DNA from: Heptranchias perlo | Taxonomy: Eukaryota | Direction: 5' to 3' | Assembly (NCBI RefSeq): GCF_035084215.1 | Contig: NC_090338.1 | Coordinates: 8,866,001 to 8,930,000 of the forward strand | Length of the DNA stretch: 64,000 nucleotides | Notes under the pieces: generated by a model | Told to the model about the DNA's origin: nothing | Database searches by the model: none | What the model saw: only the letters and a program-made list of their open reading frames with translations | Position numbers and translations under genes: made by a program | Part shown: positions 53,360-63,975 of the stretch, one piece after another | Position numbering within the stretch: the stretch's first letter is position 1 | How the letters are laid out: every line of letters starts with the position of its first letter

Positions 53360-53980
53360 GATGTCTATTATTTTCATTGTCGTCTTCCACCATTTCCAAG
53401 ACCTGCAACACAAACATAACGTCAAGCATCTTTTGCTCTTCTCTCCCTTGTCGGCTTTTTCAGAGGCTGGTGACTGGTCCCACGTTATGCCTTTGTTCAT
53501 TCTTCCACCACCAATAGTTCCAGTTGTCTTTCCCCTTGCAGTTTTTCATGCAACTCCAGGAGAGAAAGCAACTGTTAATTTACTTCCTTCCACACCAGGA
53601 GCGTGTTCACAAACACTCCTTCCATTTGAGACAGTAAGTCACGTGTACTTCTTTCAATCTCGTACTCACCTGACGAAGGAGCAAAGCTCCGAAAGCTTGT
53701 GAGTTCAAATAAAGCTGTTGGACTATAACCTGGTGTTGTACGACTCCGTACATTTGTCCACCCCAGTCCATCACCGGCATCGCCACATCACTGTATTTTC
53801 TGACCAAAGTGCAGTCTCCTCTACATTGGGAAAACTAAATGCAAATTGGGCTACCACATTTCTGAAGATAGCTACTCTTTTCCCAACCTCTATCTTACCC
53901 GCCACTTAAACGTCTCTCTGACCTCTCTCACTTTGGCCTACTACATGACCGCAATGAAGCTTCAGAAACAATATCTCAGT
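53360..53980 (+). mobile_element. Decayed Penelope-like (Neptune-type) element, GIY-YIG endonuclease region
   Basis: Pieces translate as HFQDLQH...PLSAF, KHSF...TCTSFNLV, CI..KCSLLYIGKTK and GLLH..NEA. Interrupted at 53664-53790. Confidence 0.65.
53664..53704 (+). ncRNA. Minimal type-I hammerhead ribozyme motif within a PLE terminal-repeat insert (53664-53790)
   Basis: Stem I ACTCAC/GTGAGT, core CTGACGA, stem II GGAGC-AAA-GCTCC, GAAA, palindromic stem III AAGCTT, and a CUU cleavage triplet ending at 53698. Confidence 0.8.
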
Positions 53981-53999
53981 GTCAAAAGAGTAGAGAGTT

Positions 54000-54925
54000 T
54001 TTGGTATTTGTAAGGTTGAAAGAGGCTAGAAAGATAGGAAGTGGTGAAGTCATGAGAATGAGAATTTTAATAGTGAAGCATTAGTGACTAGGAGCCAGTA
54101 TAGGCCAGCAAAGGCAGAGTGATAGGTGATTAGGACTTTTTGCAAGATAGGATATGGGCAGCAGCGTTTTGGATCAGCTGAAGTTTACAGAAGGTGAAGG
54201 TTGCCAGGAAAGCATTGGCAAAGTTGAGTCTGGAGGTGACAAAAGCACAAATGAGAGCTTCAGTGGTCTGAGTTAGAGGGAGAGTTGAACAATGTTATGG
54301 AGGTGTAAATAGGCCAATCATTGGGATGGAAAGGATATGGGTTTGGAAGCTAAACTACAGGTCAGACGGGATGCCATAGATTGTAAACTGCCTGGTACAG
54401 CCTGACACAATGGCCGTGGACTGGCATGGAGCATGTGTCAAGGGTATATAATGTGTGGCAGGGGCCAGAAACGATGGCTTCAGTATCTCCAATGCTTAGT
54501 GGAAGAATTGCTACTCAACCAAGACTGGATGTTGGACAGGCAGTCTGAAGGCAAGGAGGCAGCAAATATGTCGAGAACAGCGGTGGAAAGGTAGAACTGG
54601 ATGTCATCATCATGCAAGTCGAAGTTGATCCCATGTCTGAGGATGATGTTGCCAAAGGCAGCATGTAACTGAAGAAAAGAGGGTCAAGGATAGATCATTC
54701 GAGTAATCCAGAGGTAATGGTGTGAGGGCATAAAGAGAAGCTATGGCGATCAATGCTCTGGCTAAGATTGCATAGGTAAAATTAGAAACCAGTGTTCTTA
54801 ACCCCATCGAGCTGAACAAATGAGGAGCAATATCGAAGAAGGATGGTGTGGTCGACTGTGTCAAAGATTGTAGAAAGAACAAGGATGATGGGGAAAGATA
54901 ACGCTTCATGGTCACATTCATATAG
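54000..54925 (-). mobile_element. Decayed L2 LINE fragment
   Basis: Antisense similarity to the L2 copies at 61152-62550. Confidence 0.6.
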
Positions 54926-54934
54926 AATGTTGAA

Positions 54935-55095
54935 GACCCTCTTTAAAACCTATCTCTTTGACCAAGCATTTGGTCACCTCTCCTATTATCTCTTTTTTTT
55001 CCGCTGAGTGTCATTTTTTACCTGATTACGTTTCTGTGGAGCGCGTTGGAACGTTTTCCTACGTAAAACAAACTATATAAATACAAGTTTTTGTT
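54935..55095 (+). mobile_element. L2 3' tail
   Basis: AAAACCTATCTCTTTGACCAAGCATTTGGTCACCT...CTATATAAATACAAG, as at 62385-62530. Confidence 0.7.
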
Positions 55096-55856
55096 CCTGA
55101 CTACCGTTAGGGCCTGTATTTTTTCTATCAAGTAGGTCAGAGCACCACGCACCCATTCCCTGCCCATTCCAGTAATCAACAAGGTGGAATTGGTTCTGGT
55201 GAATAATGGATGGGGTAAGTTTTGTTGTTTTGCCTTTATAGGTTCCAAGTTGACTGAAATCTCTCGAAAAATATATTTATATTTATTTATTGGGTTTCAT
55301 ATCCATTTTACCTAAAGCCTCATGCAAGCTTTTTGAAGAAATGATAAACATGAAGTAGGGTTACACAGTCTTATTAGTCTTATCAGGGATATATAGTCCA
55401 GCTCAGCGATCCGTGAAAAGGTAGAGCTCAGACGTATTTTTGCTTATCTCTCTAATAGGAGGACTGATGCAGTTAATCAATTGTCACTCGTTTTATTTAA
55501 TTCATCAGCAATTTGCTTGCTGCTGCTGTCAAGGATGGTCTTGAAGTATTTTTTCCTTGGCATCTTTCAAACAATTTTCTCCGTTCATTTCACAAGCAGT
55601 ATGTCCTTGGCAGAATTATCTGGGTATCTAGTTTATTCAACTCTCCATCTTGAACAGTGGGTTAACCAGTGAGATATAGCAGCTGCGCCCACGTGCTGCA
55701 TTATGACTCCATGTGGCTCAAGTCGTGATTCCAGAGTAACATTCAAGGTACAAGGAGCATCTGTTTCAATTTTTGCATCATGCCTGAGTACTCTGTGGAA
55801 TTGTGACTTTAGCTTGGACGCAGCCGCCAGTGCTATGCTGCGATGTTTTTGCTAAG

Positions 55857-55929
55857 AGCCGGATAGCTCAGTCGGCAGAACGTCGGACTTTTAAAATCCA
55901 CGTAAAGGTTTCAAGTCCCAGTTCCACTT
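55857..55929 (+). pseudogene. tRNA-Lys(UUU)-derived pseudogene
   Basis: CCGGATAGCTCAGTCGGCAGAACGTCGGACTTTTAA...GGTTTCAAGTCCCAGTTC aligns by eye with vertebrate tRNA-Lys3 (GCCCGGATAGCTCAGTCGGTAGAGCATCAGACTTTTAATCTGAGGGTCCAGGGTTCAAGTCCCTGTTCGGGCG). Anticodon and acceptor stems are broken. Confidence 0.75.
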
Positions 55930-56021
55930 TCAAACAGCCCTGTACAACATGAAGCGTTCACGTTGGTGTTTGGTGCTGTCTCAATAAAACTCGCTAATAA
56001 GTATCAAAGCATGATTTTTAA

Positions 56022-56490
56022 GTGTCAGCCGTGACTCAGTGGTAGTACCCAACCTCTAAGTCAGAAGATAATGGTTTCATGTCGCCCTCCAGAAACTAGA
56101 GCACATGATCTAGGCTGACATCTCAGTGCAGTACTGAGGAAGCGCTTCACTGTCGGAGGTACCATCTTTAAGATGGGTCGTTAAGCCGAGGTCTGCCTAC
56201 CCTCTTAGGTGGATATAAACGATCCCATGGCACTATTCGAAGGAGAATAGGGGAGTTTTCCCTGTGTACTGGTCAATATTTATCGCTCAACCAGCATCAC
56301 CAAGACGGATTATCTGGTTATTATCTCATTGTTGTTTGTGGAGCCTTGCTGTGCGCATATTGGCTCCTGGGTTTCCTACATTACAACAGCGACTATACTT
56401 CAAAAGTAGTTTATTGGCTGTGAAGCTTTTTGGGACATCCCGAGGCCACGAAAGGTGCTGTATAAATGTGAGATCTTCCATTCTTCCTTT
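56022..56490 (+). mobile_element. Full-length DeuSINE (SacSINE1/AmnSINE1-like)
   Basis: tRNA-like head (TGACTCAGTGGTAG), Deu-type core (GATCCCATGGCACTATTCGAAG...GATTATCTGGT) and an L2-like 3' tail. Confidence 0.8.
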
Positions 56491-57555
56491 CTTTCTAATT
56501 TCTGTTGATGACAGTAAAGTTCCAACTTAACGTTAGCCTGTGTCGTATATCATGTGTCTAGGCAATTATTCATGATTGAAAACTCTTAGTTGTGCTGCGA
56601 AATGGTTTCTTTTGTTTCGTCTGCGAAGTGCATCACCAAGTTGTGAGGCAGATTTGTGAGGAAAGATGTACATGGTTGCAGGAGGGGAAGGCTTCCAGCC
56701 TATTCTGACCTGTTCATTTTGCACTTTGGATGAGGGGCGGGTCTCATGTTTCGTTCCTAAAGCTCCTTACGTGAACATCTGGATTATACAGTTGGTGACA
56801 ATGAAAACAGCGTGTATCGTGCATCGAGGAAGAAACAATTATTGTATATGGAAGCTTCCAACTTAGCTTGCCCGCTGCGGAGCTTGTATGAAGGGGATAC
56901 CATATACATAATCTAAATGCTTTACCGCTAACTGATGAAGACCACTCTTACGTAACAGTACCAACCTTGCGTTTCCCTGTTTTAGTTGAAGATTGCTTTT
57001 ACAGTTGGAGTGTGATCTCCATACGAGAACATTCAGATGACCGGAAATAATTCTCCATTCTCAGTGTAACCGCATGATTAAGTGTCTGGGTGAATCGTGC
57101 TAGGTTTTTTTTCAGAATTTGTTCGTGTTCTAATTGGCAAGGACTGCTAGTGTCATTAATGGCCTAACACCATTAATTAACTTACTGGACTGACTTCCAA
57201 AAACCTAACGCTTAGTAATTCTATTTGGCAACAATGTTGGGTTTTCACTTGGGCAGCCAGATTACAGCAAGTATTAGTTATGCACGGAATATTCTGCTTA
57301 CCGGTAAAAGTTTATTTGATTTTTCTACGAGAAAACAATTTATACAAAAGAGTTTCTAAATTCTATTAGCAAGAACTTGTGATACGGGCATCATGCGAGG
57401 TTGTCACTGCATAACCAGAAATTTTCGGTAATAAGTTTTTAGGTTCTCTGAAACTTTTAACATTATTTCAGTCAATTATGATAGAAAGATCATTAAAGGT
57501 TTAATGTACTAGGCAGATTTACACTGAGATACACTATGTCTTTAAGAAGTGCTAT

Positions 57556-57645
57556 GTGTAGTTATTGGAGAAGACTCTTTGTGTCGCTGTCTACCAATGA
57601 GGAGTTCAAAAATGAAGAGAGATCCATCAGCCCTCCCCCAGCCCC
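57556..57645 (+). promoter_or_regulatory. cPcdh promoter 5 (CSE, CGCT at 57585), divergent flanks
   Basis: GTGTAGTTATT...AGACTCTTTGTGTCGCTGTCTACCAAT...GAGATCCATCAGCCCTCCCCCA. Confidence 0.88.
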
Positions 57646-57873
57646 GTACACACGGTGAAGAAGGAAGAGAAAGGAAAGCAGTCACCCAGATTGCGGTCGC
57701 ATCTCAGCCATCTTTGTTCTGCTTTCGGCCGAGTCATTCTACGTTAGTAGGACATGATTTTTATCAATCATTTTCCTTTGGACTTCGCACCAAGACAGGT
57801 GGCTCTGAACGATATCTACTTTTTATTAATATTTGCACAGCATTGCGAATGAAAAGACGTCTTCACACAAATA

Positions 57874-60303
57874 ATGCAAACGTTGTCTGTCATTACCCTG
57901 CTTTATGCCTGGAATTTTATTTCTGGCCAGATTCATTATTCGATTCCAGAAGAACTAGAAAGCGGCGCTTTTGTTGGGAATATTGCTAACGATGTTGGAT
58001 TAGGTATAAAGGAACTGTCCAGGCGCAGGTTCCGGATCATGTCCGCTGCAAAGAAGAGGTATTTTGAAGTAAATTTAGAGGATGGCGTTTTGTTTGTTAA
58101 TGACAATATTGACAGGGAGCAGCTCTGTGGTCAAAGTCTTATGTGTTTACAGAATCTCGAGATTGTTGTAGAAAATCCATTGAAACTGTACCGTGCTGAA
58201 GTTGAAATACAAGATATCAACGACAATTCCCCTAGTTTTTTGCAGGATGAGCTACGTTTGGAGATTCTTGAGTCAACTCCACCGGGAACTCGCTTTCCAC
58301 TCCAGAGCGCGCATGATTCCGACGTGGGTACAAATTCTGTTCACAATTACTTCCTCAGTCCGAATGACCATTTCACATTGGAAGTTCCGAACAGCAGTGA
58401 TGGAACTAAAAGTGTGTATTTGTTGCTGGAGAAATACTTGGATAGAGAAAAACAAGCAGTTCACAACTTACTTCTCACTGCCATAGATGGCGCGATTCCA
58501 GAAAGATCTGGCAGTGCTCAAATTATCATCACTGTGCTTGATGTCAATGACAATGTGCCTGTATTTGATCAGTCGGTTTATTGGGTGAAATTGGTTGAAA
58601 ATATAGCCGTCAATACATTAGTTATCAATCTCAATGCTACTGACTTGGATGAAGGAAATAATGCGGATATAATCTACTCTTTCAGCAGCTACACTCCAGA
58701 CAGAGTACGTGAACTGTTTAATTTAGAACCGTATACAGGAGAGATCAGGGTTAAAGGGGTGTTGGATTACGAAGAAGCCAACGTCTACGAGATTAATGTC
58801 GAAGCTCGGAACCGGGGTCCTAATTCTGTACCTGTATATTGCAACGTTGTAGTGCAGATTGTGGACATGAATGACGTTGAACCTGAGGTGACACTGATGT
58901 CATTACCCAGTCCAGTAAGTGAAAATGCTACGCTTGGGACTATGGTCGCTCTAATTAGTGTAACTGACCCCGAATCTGAAGCAAACGGTAATATTAGTTG
59001 TCATATTCCCAATAATCTCCCATTCCAAATGAAATCGTCTTTCAAGAATTCTTACATGTTGGTCACTAATGGTTTATTGGACAGGGAAACTGTTTCTCAA
59101 TACACAATTAATGTCAGTTGCTCGGACGCTGGATCTCCTCGTCTCTTTGCCAACAAAGTCATACCAGTAGAGATTTCAGACATTAATGACAATCCACCAC
59201 GCTTCACGAAGTCATCATACACTGCCTACGTAATGGAAAACAATCCACCTGGTGCATCCATCTGCTCTGTGACTGCTTTTGATTCTGATCTTGGTCAAAA
59301 CTCTCATATATCTTACTTCATTGGAGAGAGTCAGATTCAAGGTATGCCTGTCATGTCCTTTGTGTCTATTAATTCAGACAATGGTAAAATATTTTCTCAG
59401 CGCTCTTTTGACTATGAGCAATTAAAAAAATTTCAAATCCACGTTCAAGCTCGGGATGCTGGAATCCCTCGCCTCAGCAGTAATGTTATTGTGAATGTAG
59501 TAATCCTCGATCAAAATGACAATTCTCCTGTAATTGTATCTGCCCTGACAAAAAATGAAACGCGGGTAATGGTGCCACGATCTGTCCATCCAGGCTATCT
59601 GGTGACCAAGGTGACTGCAGTTGATGCTGATTCTGGACAGAACGCAAGGCTGTCCTACCAACTGATCCAAGCTACTGATCGGAGTATTTTCACTGTCGCA
59701 CGCAGTTCTGGAGAAGTCAGAACAATACGCCTCCTTGAAGACAGAGATTCCACTACACAAGTGCTTGTCATCTTAGTGAAAGACAATGGGCATCCCTCCT
59801 TATCTACTACTGTCACAGCCACGTTGTCATTGATGGATAGGACTGCAGAAATTATTTCCGACTTTAGCAATCTGCCCCAGAACATTGAGCATTCCTCGAA
59901 TTTGGCTATGTATATCATAATATCACTAGGGTCAATCTCATTCGTCCTTCTGTTGACAATAATTATCCTCGTTACATCCATGTGTCACAATAGCAATGAT
60001 CCCGACCACTATTGTTCTCCGATCAGTTGTTGCTTTAGACGTGAGATTACAAATAATGTATTGAAGCAGCCTAGTGCAAACCTGCGGATTGCGCCCAATG
60101 CTCAACTAATCGCAAATTTTATGGAAGTGCGTGGATCTGGATCCTCCTCTACAACATACTGCTATAAGATTCGTCCAACAACTGAACCAGAGAACATGAA
60201 CCGTAGTTCTGCAACGCGTAGAAGCCATACCAAGAATGCTGACATGTATTTATCAGAGTGCAATCAGAAGATAATGAAACAAAACCCTAATACTCCCAGT
60301 GAG
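57874..60303 (+). CDS. Clustered protocadherin variable exon 5 (divergent subgroup)
   Basis: Short signal peptide, six EC repeats, TM, and MEVRGSGSSSTTYCYK. Donor GAG|GTGAGT at 60303, phase 0. Confidence 0.93.
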
Positions 60304-60739
60304 GTGAGTAAAAACAAACATGTCACTGAACCAATAATGCACCCACGCACGTAAAATGATAAGCTGGTGGTTGTAAAATGCGAACATTTACTGATGGGAA
60401 TTGACAATTCAATCTAGTACAGGTATTGTCACTTTGCCATGGCTAAAGCAAAATGGTGGACGAAGAAATGTACCTTTCATATTTTTATTAGCTCTGTTAT
60501 ACGATGTGATTTTTCATCTTTAGAATTTTCAGTGTTCCTGTAACACAACCCATTTACCTATTTATCTGGTAGTCTTCAGCAATATTTCCTGGCATCACAA
60601 ACCAATAACGAAGCGAGGTCGGTGTGTCTTGTATAACTTAAGAATGAATTATTAGTTGCGTTATAAATTTTGCGGTGTGGTGGAACTAAGTGGTAAAATA
60701 TTCATAGAATGTTGAAGTATAACTTTTTACAATTTTCTT

Positions 60740-61050
60740 CCTTTGTCTCCTGGAAGAGCTGATTAATTCGGTGCAGCTTTCCATGGACGTTAACGCTATC
60801 CATTTCCCCACTCAGTCAACTATTCTTCATATTGGAATGTAGACAGGCTATCAGACCATAGAGGGCAACGTAGCTGAGCGTAATCCTGTCCTCACCTGGC
60901 GTATACCCACGGATATATTCCAAAAAGAACACTGGGAAAAAATTTGGCCTTTCCCATTCCTAGGTCTGAGCAATTATAGCGCCTGATTGCTGCCCTGCTG
61001 CGATCAGATAACGCAACACAGCCAATAAATGTAATCTGAGATCTTCTTGT
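60740..61050 (-). mobile_element. Probable old SINE of unidentified family
   Basis: The reverse strand GGTGAGGACAGGATT..GCTCAGCT..TGCCCTCTATGGTC resembles a repeat I recall from fish genomes. Not verified. Confidence 0.35.
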
Positions 61051-61151
61051 AAATGTAATTCTGAACAGTACATTTACCTATTATTGAAAAGACCTTTCCA
61101 GCGGAAAAAAAAGGATTAGTTTTATCGGAGACATAAGGTTAATAATAACAT

Positions 61152-61765
61152 TTATAGAATTCGTTAAACGTAGTAAAACGTCCCAAGACGCTTCACAGGA
61201 GAGTGCTCAGACAAAATTTGACAACGATCCAATTAAGGAAGCATTAGAACATGTGACCGAACGCTTGATCAAAGGGGTAGGTTTTAAGCCTAGTCCGAAA
61301 GGACGACAGCTGGATGGAGAGGCAAAGAGGTTTGGGCAGGAATTCCAGAATTTAGGGCCTAGACGGCTGAAGGCACGGACACCAATAGAGGGATGAAGAA
61401 AGTGGGGGATGCACAAGCGGCCAGAGTTGGACGAATGTAGAGATCTCCGAGGGTTGTAGCGCTGGAGGTGGTTACAGAGATAGGGAGGGACAAGACCGTG
61501 TAGCAATTTGAGCAGGAGGATGAGAATTTTAAAAGCAAGGCATTGGTGGACCGGGAGCCAATGTAGGTCAGCGAGCACTGCAGTGATGGAGGAACAGGAC
61601 TTGGTGTGAGTTAGGATATGGGCAGCAGAGTTCTGGATGAGCTCAAGTTTATGGAGGGTGGAAGATGGGAGGCTGGTCAGGAGGCTTTGAAATAGACAAG
61701 TCTCGAGGTAAATAAGCATGAATGAGGGTTTCAGCAGCAGATGAGCTGAGGCAGGGGTGGAAACG
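61152..61765 (-). mobile_element. L2 LINE 3' fragment
   Basis: ORF 61207-61818(-) contains KLELIQNSAAHILT, LADLHWLPV and FKILILL, typical of the L2 ORF2 C-terminus. Confidence 0.88.
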
Positions 61766-61767
61766 GG

Positions 61768-62550
61768 CTCCATCCCTCCCTCTGTCCAGTCTCTGAGGCT
61801 GAACCAGCATGTTCGCAACCTTGGTATTCAATTTGACCCTAAACTGACCTTCCTACACCATATGTTCGCCATCACCAAGACTGCCTACTTCCATCTCTGC
61901 AACATCGCCCGTCTCTGCTCCGCCGAAGCTCATCTGTTGCTTAAACCATCATCCCTGCCTTTATTACCACTAGACTCAACTATTTTAATGCTCTCCTGGC
62001 CAGCCTCCCACCTTGCACCCACTGTAAACTTGAGCTGATCCAAAATTCTGGTGCCCATATCCTAACTCGCACCAAGTCCCGTTAACCCAATACCCCTGTG
62101 CTCACTGAGCTACTTTGGCTCCCAGTCCGGCAACGTCTTCATTTTAAAAGTCTCATCCTTTTTTTCAAAAACTCCATTGCCTCCCCTCCCTATCTCTGTA
62201 AGGTCCTTCGGCCATACAACCGTCTAAAATTTCTGTGCTCCTCCAATTCTGGTCTCTTGCGCATCCCTGATTTTCTTAACTCCATTATTGGTGGCCGTGC
62301 CTTCAGCTGCCTAGCTCCTAAGCTCTAGAATTCCCTCACTAAACATCCACCTCTCTATGTCTCTCTCCTCCTTTAAGACACTCCCTAAATCCTACCTCTT
62401 TGTCCATGCTTTTGGTCACCTTTCCTAATATCTCCTTACGTGGCTCAGTGTCAAATTCTGTTTGATAGCGCTCCTGTAAAGTGCTTTGGGAAGTTTTACT
62501 ACGTTAAAGGCGCTATATCAATATAAGTTGTTGTTCTTCTTGTTGTTGTT
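61768..62550 (+). mobile_element. L2 LINE 3' fragment, inverted relative to its neighbour
   Basis: VRNLGIQFDPKLTF, AYFHLCNIARL, LLWLPVRQR and GRAFSCLAPKL, ending in a (TTG)n tail. Confidence 0.88.
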
Positions 62551-63720
62551 GATGATATTATTACAATGATAGAAGTAGACTGTATTTGTGATGGATTGGA
62601 TATGGGTCAGATGCTCAGCTCAGGGTCGAATGGAACGCCGAGGTTGTGAACAGTCTTGTTTAACATAAGACAGTGGCCAGTGAGGGCTGGAATCCGATTA
62701 TTTGTTTTCTTTTTCAATAAACGTACAATATATATCAGAAAATTGGCTGTAGATTATTGCAGGATGTTGCCCTTATTATCTTTATCTAAAATTTTAGAAT
62801 ATAAATGTTCTTCAACTAGATAAGAACAATTTACAATTCTTACATCAAGCGTTAATGAAAGTTAATGCCCGAGGAGAATTTTTAAAAGTTGACTTTTACT
62901 AATACAACCCAATGGCTCCCCTATTACAATAACTGCCCCATTGATCGTGCCATTTAATATCAGCTCCCCTTATTTCATCTAATTATTTATGGCATCATAA
63001 TCATGAATAGAATTAACACGTAATTTTGGTAATGAAATATAAATATGTCTATTCAGAATCTTGAAATGAAGATTAGTTTTGCTAGGGGTCCATTCATTGT
63101 CAGCAGTTCAACAGTATAATTTTAAATTAACTTTTTAATTAAATGATGTATCTTTAAAACTATTAATAGACGTTTTAGCAACAAAAATAACGTCTACATT
63201 TACCAGTTAAGCAAGCATCATGATAATAAAATCATGCTAAATATTTCATATTTCCAATTATAATTTAATAAAAATAAATAAATTGTAGATGCAAAAACAT
63301 GGAGGACATTGTGCAAATATTAACTGCATTTCATTGTCAGTCATGAGAAAGTTAGAATCTGATCAGACTGTACTATGTTCACGTGCCTTGTATCGTGTCC
63401 AACTCTGCCCTAGATCTAACGCCTTACTTAGCGACGCTGCCGTCACATATAGTATCAAGCCATCTGTCTCGTGAAAACCATCACTGGTCTCCATTAAATA
63501 TAACAGTATCAGCAATCTCAAACATCGAACACAATGTAGTTGTTTATTCAGTGATTATCTCTGAGGTTACCCTTGATCTGCACTTTGCAAAAAAAATTAT
63601 GGTTTAACTATTGATTTCAAACGTTCAGCAGATCATCTCTTGAAGTTTGAAGAAAAGACGATAATTTGGAGTTTATCTAAATTATCTTGTTTAGTGCTAT
63701 TTTATGTCGAAGGAAAAATC

Positions 63721-63975
63721 ATTCGGACGACACTTTAAATCCAGCTCCCATCTGCCTGTTTGGCTGGACATTAACGATCCCTTGACACTTTTCGAGGTGA
63801 AGCGAGGGTTTATCCTTATCTCCTAGCCAAAATGTATCCTTCAACTAATACCCTCAAAACTGATTAACTGCTCATGTATCTCGATGCTTTTTGTGGGATT
63901 TTGGTGCCAGTCAATTGTCTCTGCGCTGGTTTATATAAGTGACTGCAGTTCAAAAGTTAATTTGTGTGAACAGTT
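63721..63975 (+). mobile_element. Decayed DeuSINE core
   Basis: Degenerate match to 56170-56430. Confidence 0.55.

Noticed and set aside
55857-55929. Functional tRNA-Lys gene
   Set aside because: The 3' anticodon-stem strand and the acceptor stem do not pair.
15662-57645. Regularly recurring conserved repeats as a CRISPR-like or recombination-signal array
   Set aside because: They are promoter elements about 10 kb apart, each tied to a Pcdh exon, in eukaryotic DNA.
57549-57848. 146-aa ORF spanning promoter 5
   Set aside because: Non-ATG start and overlaps the CSE. Similarity to ORFs at other promoters reflects DNA motif conservation only.
58478-58494. Possible exonic CTCF site GCCATAGATGGCGCG in exon 5
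   Set aside because: Only the 3' half fits the consensus, and it is not shared by exons 1-4. Needs a matrix scan or ChIP.
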